From Myxococcota bacterium (GTDB lineage Bacteria > Myxococcota_A > Bradymonadia > UBA4248): a stretch of DNA of 54,554 nt. The stretch's first letter is position 1; each line of letters opens with the position of its first letter. The translations under genes and the position numbers were made by a program. The notes under the pieces were generated by a model, which was not told the origin of the DNA, did not search any database, and saw nothing but the letters and a program-made list of their open reading frames with translations. This document shows positions 29,434 to 38,692 of this stretch, one piece after another. Where the stretch lies: NCBI GenBank assembly GCA_045599585.1, contig JAZRWH010000137.1:1-54554 (forward strand), read 5' to 3'.

Positions 29434-29970
29434 ATGCAAAGTGAATCATCCATGAAAGCACCCATCGAAAAATACTGCGCATTCTGTGGACGTCCCTTCG
29501 ATCATCCAAATTCTGGATGGCCCAAATCGTGCCAATGCGGTGAAATCACCTACCGCAATCCGTTGCCTGTTGTAAATGTTATCGTTCCAGTCTTAGATGA
29601 AGAAAGAAGAGGCGTCCTTCTGATTCAACGCGGCATAGAACCTTGTCGCGAAGGCTGGGCATTGCCAGGCGGTTTTTTGGAACTCGGCGAAACTTGGCAA
29701 GAAGGCTCTGCTCGAGAGCTCAAAGAAGAAACCGGACTTATTGTAGATCCTGCCAAGATTACGCTCGTGGGCGTCGAAATGAATCCTAAGCGCAATCGCG
29801 TTCTAATATTCGCACAAACAGAAACCTTTAAACGCGAAGCCTTACCACCGATCGCGCGCAACGAAGAAGTCCTAGGCGATCGTATTCTGTTTGAGCCCGA
29901 AACACTCGCTTTTCCACCACACACCACAGTGATCGCTGATTATTTAAAACAACCGAACATATCCAAATAA
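29434..29970 (+). CDS. NUDIX hydrolase with N-terminal zinc ribbon (NudC-like architecture)
   Basis: CAFCG...CQCG forms a Cys4 ribbon. The Nudix box is GGFLELGETWQEGSARELKEETGL. Confidence 0.8.
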   Translation: MQSESSMKAPIEKYCAFCGRPFDHPNSGWPKSCQCGEITYRNPLPVVNVIVPVLDEERRGVLLIQRGIEPCREGWALPGGFLELGETWQEGSARELKEETGLIVDPAKITLVGVEMNPKRNRVLIFAQTETFKREALPPIARNEEVLGDRILFEPETLAFPPHTTVIADYLKQPNISK

Positions 29971-30063
29971 TACAATGGTATTGTTTAAAATAGAGCTGTC
30001 ACTAATCATCAACCTACAAATAGATACAATATCCTTTCTCAAAAAGATTGAACCCTTAGGGTA

Positions 30064-30095
30064 ACAAAAAAAGCCCGGCATTAATCCGGGCTTGC
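30064..30095 (-). terminator. terminator for flotillin gene (also closes convergent NUDIX gene)
   Basis: On the minus strand AAGCAAGCCCGGATTAATGCCGGGCTTTTTTT: a GC hairpin followed by T7. Confidence 0.8.
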
Positions 30096-30119
30096 TTATT
30101 TGATCTTTGAACAGATCAA

Positions 30120-31712
30120 TTACTTGACGACACCAACTTTAGGTGTAACGGGGGCAGAAGGCGTAGTAGCAGAAGCTGTAGTAGCAGCTTTTTCTTTGCC
30201 GAGGCCAGCAGGCATTTCGACACCGATCATGTCATAGACGTCTTTCATCGGAGGAATGGCTTTCATCATAGAGTTAAGAAAGTTAGCCGTGTTGGAAGTA
30301 CCTTCCTGGCCACCCATAGAATCCCAAACCGTAACTTTGTCGATCTTGATATTTTTGATTGCTTCGACTTGCGTTTTGAGGAGGTCTTCAACTTTGTCAG
30401 CCATCATAAGACGAACAGCTGCATCTGCATTACCACCGGCGGAACGAACGAGCATGGAGTAAGCTTCAGCACGTTTAGCGAGCTGTTGTTTGATACCTTC
30501 AGCTTCGGATTCCATCTTCATGAGGATGGCGTCAGCCTGACCTTTGGCTTTGCGGCGAAGTGCTTCAGCTTCTGCCTCAGCAGCAATTTCGAGACGCTGA
30601 CGTTCGATTTCAGCTTTAACGATAACGTCAGCCTGGAGAGAAGCTTTTGCACGAGAAGCACGAGCAGCTTCAGCTTTTTCTTCAGCAGCGTAGGCTTCAG
30701 CCAAAGCGCGAGCGTTTTGAACTTTTTCAGCGGCAACGGCGCGAGCCTGAGCTTCAGCTTCGACTTCGAGACGTTTAGCTTCGGAGACTGCGATTTGGGC
30801 TTTCGCAGCGTTTTCAGCAGCGAGTGCCTGAGCGTTCATTTCTGCGATCTTGGTACGCTGAACCATTTCAGCCTGTTTTTCAGCAGAGAGAGCACGAGCG
30901 TTGTTTTCTGCGATCTTAGTACGCTGAGCCGTTTCAGCTTCTTTTTCAGCGGTAAGAGCACGTGTAATCTGAGCAGCGACACCTTCGCGCTGTTCAGCGT
31001 CTTTTGCGGCGATAGCAATCGCTTCAGCAGCGCGCTGGTTCTTTTCACCGGTGTTACCTTGGCACTCACGTTCGGCAACGGTAACTTTCGCATCGTTGAT
31101 AGCTTTAGCGGCTGCTTCTTTACCGAGAGATTCGATATAGCCAGATTCGTCGGTGATATCCGTCAAGTTGGCGTTGATCAGCTTAAGACCGATCTTCTGA
31201 AGTTCGCCTTCGACGTTCTGAGAAACTTTTGTCATGAACTCATCACGTTTACTGTTGAGCTCTTCAATGTCCATCTGGGCGATGATCAGACGAAGCTGAC
31301 CATAAATGATTTCTTTACCGAGGTTTTCGATAGCGCGAAGCGGCTGTCCAAGAAGGCGTTCTGCTGCGTTCTGCATAACGCCGTCGTCTGTAGAAATTGC
31401 GACCGTAAACGTTGCAGGAACGTTAACACGGATGTTCTGACGAGAAAGTGCATTACGAAGGTCGATGGTAATCGGAAGCGGCGTAAGATCGAGGTAATTA
31501 ACTTCCTGAATGATAGGCCAAATAAATTTACCACCACCGTGAATACAAATGGATGAACGAGATTCGCCGTTTTCATCTTTGCCGACCTTACCGGAAACGA
31601 CCATAACTTTGTCGGACGGACAACGTTTGTAACGCTTCGAAATCGATACAATCAGAATGACGAAGGCTAGAATTGACACACCTACGATTGCAGCCAAAAC
31701 AGACAAACTCAT
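30120..31712 (-). CDS. flotillin / SPFH (band-7) family protein with long coiled-coil
   Basis: An N-terminal TM segment is followed by an SPFH domain. The EA-rich heptad region contains the repeated AEKQAEMVQRTKIAE unit. This is the classic YqiK/FloT-like layout next to NfeD. Confidence 0.85.
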   Translation of the reverse strand: MSLSVLAAIVGVSILAFVILIVSISKRYKRCPSDKVMVVSGKVGKDENGESRSSICIHGGGKFIWPIIQEVNYLDLTPLPITIDLRNALSRQNIRVNVPATFTVAISTDDGVMQNAAERLLGQPLRAIENLGKEIIYGQLRLIIAQMDIEELNSKRDEFMTKVSQNVEGELQKIGLKLINANLTDITDESGYIESLGKEAAAKAINDAKVTVAERECQGNTGEKNQRAAEAIAIAAKDAEQREGVAAQITRALTAEKEAETAQRTKIAENNARALSAEKQAEMVQRTKIAEMNAQALAAENAAKAQIAVSEAKRLEVEAEAQARAVAAEKVQNARALAEAYAAEEKAEAARASRAKASLQADVIVKAEIERQRLEIAAEAEAEALRRKAKGQADAILMKMESEAEGIKQQLAKRAEAYSMLVRSAGGNADAAVRLMMADKVEDLLKTQVEAIKNIKIDKVTVWDSMGGQEGTSNTANFLNSMMKAIPPMKDVYDMIGVEMPAGLGKEKAATTASATTPSAPVTPKVGVVK

Positions 31713-31924
31713 AAGTTAACTCCTTTACTGAATCAAAACCGCTACGCGGCCCATACGATCTAAACTGGCGTTGTAAAACAACGCCTAATACATTTCATAT
31801 CTATATACTATTTGATGCCATCACACACTATTTTTCGCTCATTTCGCACGTCCATGCAATTCTCTGCCCTCACAACGAATTCTTAACAGTGCTTAACGAA
31901 AATGAGCGCACTTTCTTTTGTGTT

Positions 31925-31978
31925 GGGGGAAGTCTCCCCCTGAGCGGCTATTTGCAAAGCAAATACGCCGCTACCCCC
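31925..31978 (-). repeat. REP-like element copy E, between nfeD-like and flotillin genes
   Basis: GGGGGAAGTCTCCCCCTGAGCGGCTATTTGCaaaGCAAATACGCCGCTACCCCC. Identical to copy G. Confidence 0.9.
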
Positions 31979-32107
31979 TCTAGCCTGCGGCGCATCCAGT
32001 TATGAACAACCCAAACAACGATCTTATTCATCCAGCCTGACCCACAAGACGCATGAACAAACCCTTACGAAGCCTTCGAATGAAACGTAATATTTCAGCC
32101 GAATCAC

Positions 32108-32764
32108 CTAGTAATCTTCTTCATCACGCTTATCTTCAAGCGCGCGTTGAGGTGCAGGTTCAACAACGAAAACACCATTTTTCGTCAAACCAACAATAAT
32201 AACTTTCGCACCATACTCAATCGTTGTGTCTAGCCTTGAAACAGCTGGCATCTCACGGATCTGACTGTTGATTTTAAAATTGATCTTCCCTTCACCGTCG
32301 CCTTTTTTCGGTATTCTAAGATAGACTGTTCCTTCCTTTCCGATGGCTTTGCGCTTTTTAACGGTACCATCATCCTGAAGGCGCATTGTCGCACGCAATA
32401 AATAAGCATGAGCAAAGAGCGCACCAATACCGCAAGCCAACCCAAGCGGTGCAGCTAAGAATGCCGTTCCGAACATTTCGTAAAAGAGGATCGTCGACCA
32501 GCCGCCAATCGCCAACATTAAAGCAAACCCATGAATGGTGAACAAATGTAGGGTATCAACTGCGTCAGCATCACCATCTGCTATATCTGCATCTGGAATA
32601 ATATCCGGCACACCATCGCCATCAATATCCACTCCGTCAGAACCATCTCCGCCAATACCAACGGTTTGAAGAATAAGCTTTAACAGAAAAAACACAGTAC
32701 CAAGGATGGCAAGCAAATATGCTGTCTGCTCAAATCCTGACAACGCAGAAAACCAATCTCCCAT
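32108..32764 (-). CDS. NfeD-like membrane protein (flotillin partner, YqiJ-type)
   Basis: N-terminal TM segments are followed by a D/G-rich linker and a C-terminal OB-fold-like beta domain (TVKKRKAIGKEGTVYLRIPKKGDGEGKINFKINSQIREMPAV). It lies upstream of flotillin. Confidence 0.7.
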   Translation of the reverse strand: MGDWFSALSGFEQTAYLLAILGTVFFLLKLILQTVGIGGDGSDGVDIDGDGVPDIIPDADIADGDADAVDTLHLFTIHGFALMLAIGGWSTILFYEMFGTAFLAAPLGLACGIGALFAHAYLLRATMRLQDDGTVKKRKAIGKEGTVYLRIPKKGDGEGKINFKINSQIREMPAVSRLDTTIEYGAKVIIVGLTKNGVFVVEPAPQRALEDKRDEEDY

Positions 32765-32901
32765 TCAGACCTCCTTCTCATTGTCCTTGAAAGATCAAAT
32801 TTGAGTCTAGCAAACATCCCCTTTTGTGACAAGCGTTTCCAACGTCACCCAAATGCGCACGAAGCGTCCCCTGTACCCTTGTATTACAATTAAACTTGAG
32901 A

Positions 32902-33021
32902 GGGGGTAGCGGCGTATCAACTTCGCGATACAAACGCTTGCAATATGAATTATGATTGGCAAATCTTTACAATCATTCAACCCACGCGAAGGTGATAGCC
33001 GCTCAGGGGGAGACCTCCCCC
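32902..33021 (+). repeat. REP-like element copy F (about 80-bp middle)
   Basis: GGGGGTAGCGGCGTAT ... ATAGCCGCTCAGGGGGAGACCTCCCCC. Confidence 0.85.
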
Positions 33022-33175
33022 ACAAAATTCCTCCCAATCCACCTTTCGTAGCTCCCTTTTGGAGGGTTATCATTGACCGAATGATAATTCTAGGCATAGA
33101 ATAGGTAGATTTTGGGGTGATTTTACAAAATTTCACACCTACATTTTACTACATTTTATATCTGCCTTCACCTCT

Positions 33176-34582
33176 ATGAGCAAAGATCACCTAGAAGCCC
33201 TTCGAAACGGCGAAAAACTGTCGCTTAAACAGCTGACATTGCTCACCATCCACCTGAGCCTGCCAGCTATTTTTGCACAAATCTCATCGATCGTCATGGA
33301 ATATATCGACGCGGGCATGGTCGGCCATTTAGGCAAAGCAGATGCGGCTTCGATCGGGCTCATCGCATCAAGTACGTGGCTTTTGGGAAGCATGTGCGGT
33401 GCAGTTAGCCTCGGTTTTACCGTACAAATCGCCCAGGCAATCGGCGCCAAAGAAGACGAAAAAGCCCGTTCAATCGTACGCCTAGGACTTGTGACAGGCC
33501 TTTGCATCAGTTCTGTACTCTTAGCTTTAGGCTGGGCTGTCAGCGGCATACTGCCGGAATGGCTAGGTGGCCCGTCCAATATCCAACAAAATGCCACGTG
33601 GTATTTTCTGATTTTTTCGCTCTCCCTTCCGATCTTGATGTTAAACCACATGGCCGGAGGTATGCTTCAATGTAGCGGAAATATGAAAGTACCAAGCATC
33701 CTGCACATCGCCATGTGCATTTTGGATGTTCTGTTTAATGCTTTTTTGATCTTCCCCTCTGTCGATCTCGGCCCCATTCACTTGCCCGGAGCTGGTTTGG
33801 GCGTCATCGGCGCAGCCCTCGGCACCGCTTTGGCCGAACTCGTAATCGCCTGCTTCATGCTGTATTTTCTGCTCGTACGTTCTCCATCGCTTCACCTGCG
33901 CTTGGCTGAACGCTTCCAAATGAGCTGGAAAACGCTCAAAACAGCGGCAAAACTCGCCCTCCCGGTGGGCTTTGAGCAACTCGTCGTTTGTGGAGCCTAT
34001 GTCGCCTCGACGAAAATCGTCGCCCCACTCGGCGAAACAGCCATTGCTGCGAATTCATTTGCAGTAACAGCCGAAAGTCTTTGCTACATGCCTGGATACG
34101 GCATCGGTTCTGCGGCAACAACCCTCATTGGTCAATCCATCGGCGCTAAACGTAACGATCTTACCCGCAAACTCGCTTGGCTTACAACCGGCCTCGGAAT
34201 GCTCGTCATGACCGCCACTGGCGCGCTCCTATACATCTTTGCCCCGCAGATGATCGCCGTTCTTTCCCCTGACCCCGAAATTCAAGAACTCGGTACGATC
34301 ATTTTGCGCATTGAAGCTTTTGCCGAACCGCTCTATGCCGCTTCCATCGTCGCAAACGGCGTCTTCCGTGGTGCCGGTGACACCTTTGTCCCCTCGTGCA
34401 TCAACCTCATTTCAATGTGGGCAATCCGAATCCCCGTTTCAGCTTGGCTCGTCACGCAACACGGACTCGTCGGCGTTTGGATCGCTATGGCCGCTGAACT
34501 CAGCTGCCGAGGACTGATGTTCCTCACGCGACTTCAATCACGTCGTTGGGAGAAAAAATCTGTCATTGAAAAAACAACGTGA
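33176..34582 (+). CDS. MATE family efflux transporter
   Basis: 12-TM pattern. MATE signature regions include FRGAGDT and IGAALGT. Confidence 0.85.
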   Translation: MSKDHLEALRNGEKLSLKQLTLLTIHLSLPAIFAQISSIVMEYIDAGMVGHLGKADAASIGLIASSTWLLGSMCGAVSLGFTVQIAQAIGAKEDEKARSIVRLGLVTGLCISSVLLALGWAVSGILPEWLGGPSNIQQNATWYFLIFSLSLPILMLNHMAGGMLQCSGNMKVPSILHIAMCILDVLFNAFLIFPSVDLGPIHLPGAGLGVIGAALGTALAELVIACFMLYFLLVRSPSLHLRLAERFQMSWKTLKTAAKLALPVGFEQLVVCGAYVASTKIVAPLGETAIAANSFAVTAESLCYMPGYGIGSAATTLIGQSIGAKRNDLTRKLAWLTTGLGMLVMTATGALLYIFAPQMIAVLSPDPEIQELGTIILRIEAFAEPLYAASIVANGVFRGAGDTFVPSCINLISMWAIRIPVSAWLVTQHGLVGVWIAMAAELSCRGLMFLTRLQSRRWEKKSVIEKTT

Positions 34583-34690
34583 TCGACAAATTATCGTACC
34601 ATTTTGTTTCAATCAGACATACAATAATTAAGAAATATACGTTCTGTATATATTATTTCGACTATAAAATCTCATTTTTCGGTAATCAAT

Positions 34691-35650
34691 ATGCGATCCA
34701 ATCTTGCTTCTTTTATGCGACGCGGCTCTGCAGGCGCTTTCATTCTCGGCTTTATCGCTGCGCTTGCAGCCATTACGATGCTCGTGCTCTTCGTTTTGGG
34801 CGATGAAAGCGATACAGATGACGACGATGCTTGGTACGAGTCTGACGAAGACTATACAGATGACGACGAGATTTGGGATACGTGGAAAATCGATGATCAA
34901 AAACGTTCCAAAGTTTCCAAAAAACACGGTGCTTATGGTGATGGCGTGTTTAAAAGCGAAGCCGAATTGCGTGCTTTTGTGAATAAAACAGCGTCTAACA
35001 CCGATGAAGTTTGGACAGAACTCTTTGCCGAATACAAAAAACCATATCGAAAACCTAAATTTAAGCTTTTTGAAGACTCTGTTGCGACAGCATGCGGTGA
35101 TGCCGACACGGACGACGGCCCTTTCTACTGTTCCGAAGATGAAACGATCTATCTCGATCTAAACTTTATGGCGAATATGAGCGACCAAATCGGAACCAGC
35201 GGCGAATTTGCAATCGCCTACGTCATCGCCCACGAATACGGACACCATATTCAAAACCTCGTCGGCGACCTGAACAAATATAGTAAAAGAGAAGAAAAGC
35301 TGCGCGAACAGGGAAAAGAAAAAAAGGCAAATCTCGTTTCGGTTCAAACGGAACTTCAGGCTGATTTCTATGCCGGCGTATGGGCAAGTCGCTATGACGA
35401 AAAGCACGATCTGATCACCGAAGATGACATTGTGGATGCACTTAATGCAGCTGATGCCGTTGGCGATGACGCGCTCGGTGAAGACAGACGCGAAAATTTC
35501 GGACATGGTTCCTCCGAAATGCGCATGAAATGGCTAATCCGAGGCATGGTCACGGGCGATGTTCAGTACGGGAATACTTACGATTTTAAATCCCTCAAGA
35601 AACTCGAAGATGTTGATACTATGCTCGACGATGATGACGATGCCAAATAA
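34691..35650 (+). CDS. YpfJ-like putative neutral zinc metallopeptidase (Zn_peptidase_2)
   Basis: Single N-terminal TM segment, then an acidic D/E-rich tract. HEYGHH is the zinc motif and ELQADFYAG is conserved in YpfJ. Confidence 0.75.
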   Translation: MRSNLASFMRRGSAGAFILGFIAALAAITMLVLFVLGDESDTDDDDAWYESDEDYTDDDEIWDTWKIDDQKRSKVSKKHGAYGDGVFKSEAELRAFVNKTASNTDEVWTELFAEYKKPYRKPKFKLFEDSVATACGDADTDDGPFYCSEDETIYLDLNFMANMSDQIGTSGEFAIAYVIAHEYGHHIQNLVGDLNKYSKREEKLREQGKEKKANLVSVQTELQADFYAGVWASRYDEKHDLITEDDIVDALNAADAVGDDALGEDRRENFGHGSSEMRMKWLIRGMVTGDVQYGNTYDFKSLKKLEDVDTMLDDDDDAK

Positions 35651-35687
35651 CGTAATGCATCGCGATCTTATATAAATTGTTTTTTTG

Positions 35688-35752
35688 CGTTGGCTTTTAG
35701 GCGCACAGCGCCTAAATACGCCAACGCGCGCGGCTATTACATACGCCGCGCA
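35688..35752. repeat. two GC-rich hairpins of the same core family after ypfJ-like gene
   Basis: GCGTTGGCttttAGGCGCacagGCGCCTaaatacGCCAACGC and GCGCGGCTATtacATACGCCGCGC. Confidence 0.65.
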
Positions 35753-35795
35753 GTATTTTATATGTATTGCTTGAACGCTATTTAAAAATGTTTAC

Positions 35796-36004
35796 CACTG
35801 CTGTCCTACGAAGTTTTCATAGAATACTCTGATAACTCTACAGTTGCTTTGTTTTGTCTATATATAGTCGTTTTTAAGCATGAAAAAGACTTAAGATTAC
35901 GGTTAAATCGCCTGCGGCGCGAAGCCGAAGGCAAGCAGCGGGCGCACCAGACGAGCGGGCGCATTTCGTTACAGTTAATGAGAATATATTGTGGGACAGC
36001 AGTG
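35796..36004 (+). mobile_element. MITE-like element copy 1, complete: 14-bp TIRs CACTGCTGTCCtAC / GTgGGACAGCAGTG, flanked by 8-bp direct repeat AATGTTTA
   Basis: The TIRs are at 35796-35809 and 35991-36004. Direct repeats AATGTTTA lie at 35787-35794 and 36005-36012. There is no credible ORF; 35849..36127 is treated as spurious. Confidence 0.75.
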
Positions 36005-36074
36005 AATGTTTATGAAGTCTTTCAAGCAAACGCAGCAGCTTCCGTAGATCCATCGAATAGCCCAAGTTTTCCGT

Positions 36075-36635
36075 TTAAGGCTTTTTTAAACGCCAACCAT
36101 GGTAGCACTGCTCATCCATTTCTATAAGTTTATACTCGTCTTTGAGCTTAACGAGCGCTGTACGAACGCTCCTTACCGAAATACCAAGCTTATCAACGAT
36201 CTGTCGACGCTGAATACACGGATTTTCAGAGATCACAGCTAGCACCTCGTTGAGCGTGTCAAGAAACTGCTGTGAATATGCTGCGTGGCAATTGTCACGC
36301 GTTAAGTAGGGCTTCGTTTCTTGTAAAGCTGTAAAATTTAATAAATGCTCTAGCTCAGCAGCTTCTGAATTTGTTTTTAAGTCGTCCACTTTAGCAACCG
36401 CTTGCCCACCCGTTCGTTGAGATCCTCCCTCTGGTTCGGCAACAATACAAAAAGAACGCACCGCTGCATCGTGCATTTCCATCATAAAATCATCAGATTT
36501 TTTTAATATGGCAAATTTAAGATCTTCAATCGATAATTCCCCCGTTTTAAGCGCGTAAAGCATTAGCCGAATGCCATACACAACTTCTCGTTCAACAGCC
36601 AGACTAATTGCTCTCCATTCTTCGTGTGTAAGCAT
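36075..36635 (-). CDS. hypothetical protein with C-terminal winged-helix DNA-binding domain
   Basis: The C-terminal IQRRQIVDKLGISVRSVRTALVKLKDEYKLIE looks wHTH-like. I recognise no other family. Confidence 0.5.
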   Translation of the reverse strand: MLTHEEWRAISLAVEREVVYGIRLMLYALKTGELSIEDLKFAILKKSDDFMMEMHDAAVRSFCIVAEPEGGSQRTGGQAVAKVDDLKTNSEAAELEHLLNFTALQETKPYLTRDNCHAAYSQQFLDTLNEVLAVISENPCIQRRQIVDKLGISVRSVRTALVKLKDEYKLIEMDEQCYHGWRLKKP

Positions 36636-37180
36636 GAAAGATCTCCTGTTTGGACGTGTTAACTAAACGGCAAATCAGCAGTTTTCGATACATTTAGTCT
36701 CATGCCTAAAAACCTCGAAATGCCAGGGAATCACATACGTTTTAGCGAAAAAGTGCATGATCACACTTCTTGTGCGCTTAGATCGCCATATAGATTGTTT
36801 CCAAAATACATCGTTTAGCCTTTATAAACTAAACATGATGCTCTACCAAAGAAATACGCACACATTGTGTATCATTGTAGGTTACAAGTCAACCCTCAAG
36901 TTGCTCTGCATCATTTCATTTATACTGTGAGCAAGGATCGGCTTCGTCCTACACAACATTGTATGCCTATTTTTATATGGTTTGGAATGTGCTACAAACA
37001 AGCTACTAAACCTACATACCGGTTTAGCACACACAAACGCCTCTTTCGTAGTTTTAACAAAACCTGCAGCTAAATGCAAATTTGCAAAACTCGTTTCTAC
37101 TTCATACAGGGAGATGTTCACCCAACAGATCTGCGGCGTAACGCGCCCTATACAGCCACAATAAATACCTAGGACACACC

Positions 37181-38557
37181 ATGGCACTCGATCTTACACG
37201 CGGCAGCATCTTAAAAAATATCTATCTATTTGCTTTACCCTACCTCCTGTCGTGTTTTCTGCAAACCTTCTATGGCGTAGCAGATCTGTATATCGCGGGC
37301 GTTTTTTGTCAAGATGCAGCAGATTCTGGCGCCTCTGTAACCTCAGCTATCACGATCGGCAGCCAAATCATGCACATGATAACGCTTTTGCTTGCTGGCT
37401 TTGCCATGGGCGTTACAGTAAAAACTGCTCAAGCATTTGGCGCAAAAGACGACGGCTTATTCAAAATAACGGCTGCTAACTCGATCTCTGGCTTTGGTAT
37501 ACTGGCTGTTTTATTTTTAATTCTAGTTCTTCCATTTACACCAAATATTATACAAATTTTGCAAACGCCCGCCGAAGCTTACGATGAAGCTCTTCTCTAT
37601 ACAACGCTTTGTTTTTGCGGCATCCCGCTGATTGCGGGTTTTAATGTCATGAGTGCAATCTTTCGCGGTGCTGGTGACACAGTCAGCCCGATGATCTGCA
37701 TTGCAATTGGTGGCATATTTAATATTCTCCTTGATTATTTATTCATGGGACCAATGCACATGGGAGCTCAAGGTGCTGCGATAGCGACTGTTATAGCACA
37801 ATTCATGAGTGTCCTCTCAGCAGCCATACTCCTCCGCCGCATTCAGCAAATCAAAGCCATAACACGCCAAGATTTTCGTTGGCGTACTGATATTATAAAA
37901 TCAATTACTCGGATTGGTTTTCCAACGTCCTGTCAAGATGGACTCATACAAATAGCTTTTTTAGTCATTACAGCGATTGCCAATAGCCGTGGTTTAGCTG
38001 TTTCTGCGGGGGTGGGTATCGTAGAAAAACTCATCTGCTTCTTTTTTCTTGTCCCTTCGTCCATGTTGGCTGCTGTATCGGCCATTGCAGCGCAAAATCG
38101 CGGTGCTGGTTATCACGATCGAGCACGTGAAGTCCTTCGCAAGGGCATTGCTACAACCTGTATTTATGGTTTCATTATCGGTATTGGTATCCAACCTGCT
38201 GCAACTTGGATCATTTCACTTTTCCAAAACAATCAAGCTGTTATTGCTCTGGGGGCAGAATATATCAAAACCTATATCTTTGACGTTGCACTTGCTGGCG
38301 TGCATTTTTGTTTCAGCGGCTATTTTTGCGCTTACGACCAAGCAAAATGGACGTTTGTACACAATGCGTTTTCGGCATTGTTCATACGTATTCCCGGAAC
38401 TTGGCTCGCCGCTGTACTCTATCCAACGACACTGTACGAAATGGGCATCGTAGCGCCAATCGGTTCCATCGTATCCATACTGATCTGCGTATGCGTCTAT
38501 CAGTACTATAAATCCCACGGATTCTACCAAAACACACTTGAAACTAAATCTTGCTGA
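37181..38557 (+). CDS. MATE family efflux transporter (second copy)
   Basis: 12-TM pattern. FRGAGDTVSPM and GAAIATVIAQF are MATE motifs. Confidence 0.85.
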   Translation: MALDLTRGSILKNIYLFALPYLLSCFLQTFYGVADLYIAGVFCQDAADSGASVTSAITIGSQIMHMITLLLAGFAMGVTVKTAQAFGAKDDGLFKITAANSISGFGILAVLFLILVLPFTPNIIQILQTPAEAYDEALLYTTLCFCGIPLIAGFNVMSAIFRGAGDTVSPMICIAIGGIFNILLDYLFMGPMHMGAQGAAIATVIAQFMSVLSAAILLRRIQQIKAITRQDFRWRTDIIKSITRIGFPTSCQDGLIQIAFLVITAIANSRGLAVSAGVGIVEKLICFFFLVPSSMLAAVSAIAAQNRGAGYHDRAREVLRKGIATTCIYGFIIGIGIQPAATWIISLFQNNQAVIALGAEYIKTYIFDVALAGVHFCFSGYFCAYDQAKWTFVHNAFSALFIRIPGTWLAAVLYPTTLYEMGIVAPIGSIVSILICVCVYQYYKSHGFYQNTLETKSC

Positions 38558-38692
38558 TACAATCACAACGCACATCCACGGTGCGAATAAATAATGAGAG
38601 CATTTAGCGAGTTTATGTCTTAAAACGTACAACGTTCGCCGGCTACGAATCCTATTCGGCGGTACTAATTAAACATTTTAAGGAGTTTTATT

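Noticed and set aside
30369-31556. 395-aa plus-strand ORF antisense to the flotillin gene
   Set aside because: It is low-complexity S/F-rich translation of the coiled-coil repeat region on the wrong strand. The flotillin reading frame has clear SPFH homology.
35849-36127. 92-aa ORF inside MITE copy 1, and its 81-aa counterpart at 41380..41625 in copy 2
   Set aside because: They lie inside a non-autonomous repeat, lack SD sequences, are not in conserved frames between copies because indels shift the frame, and are too small for a transposase.
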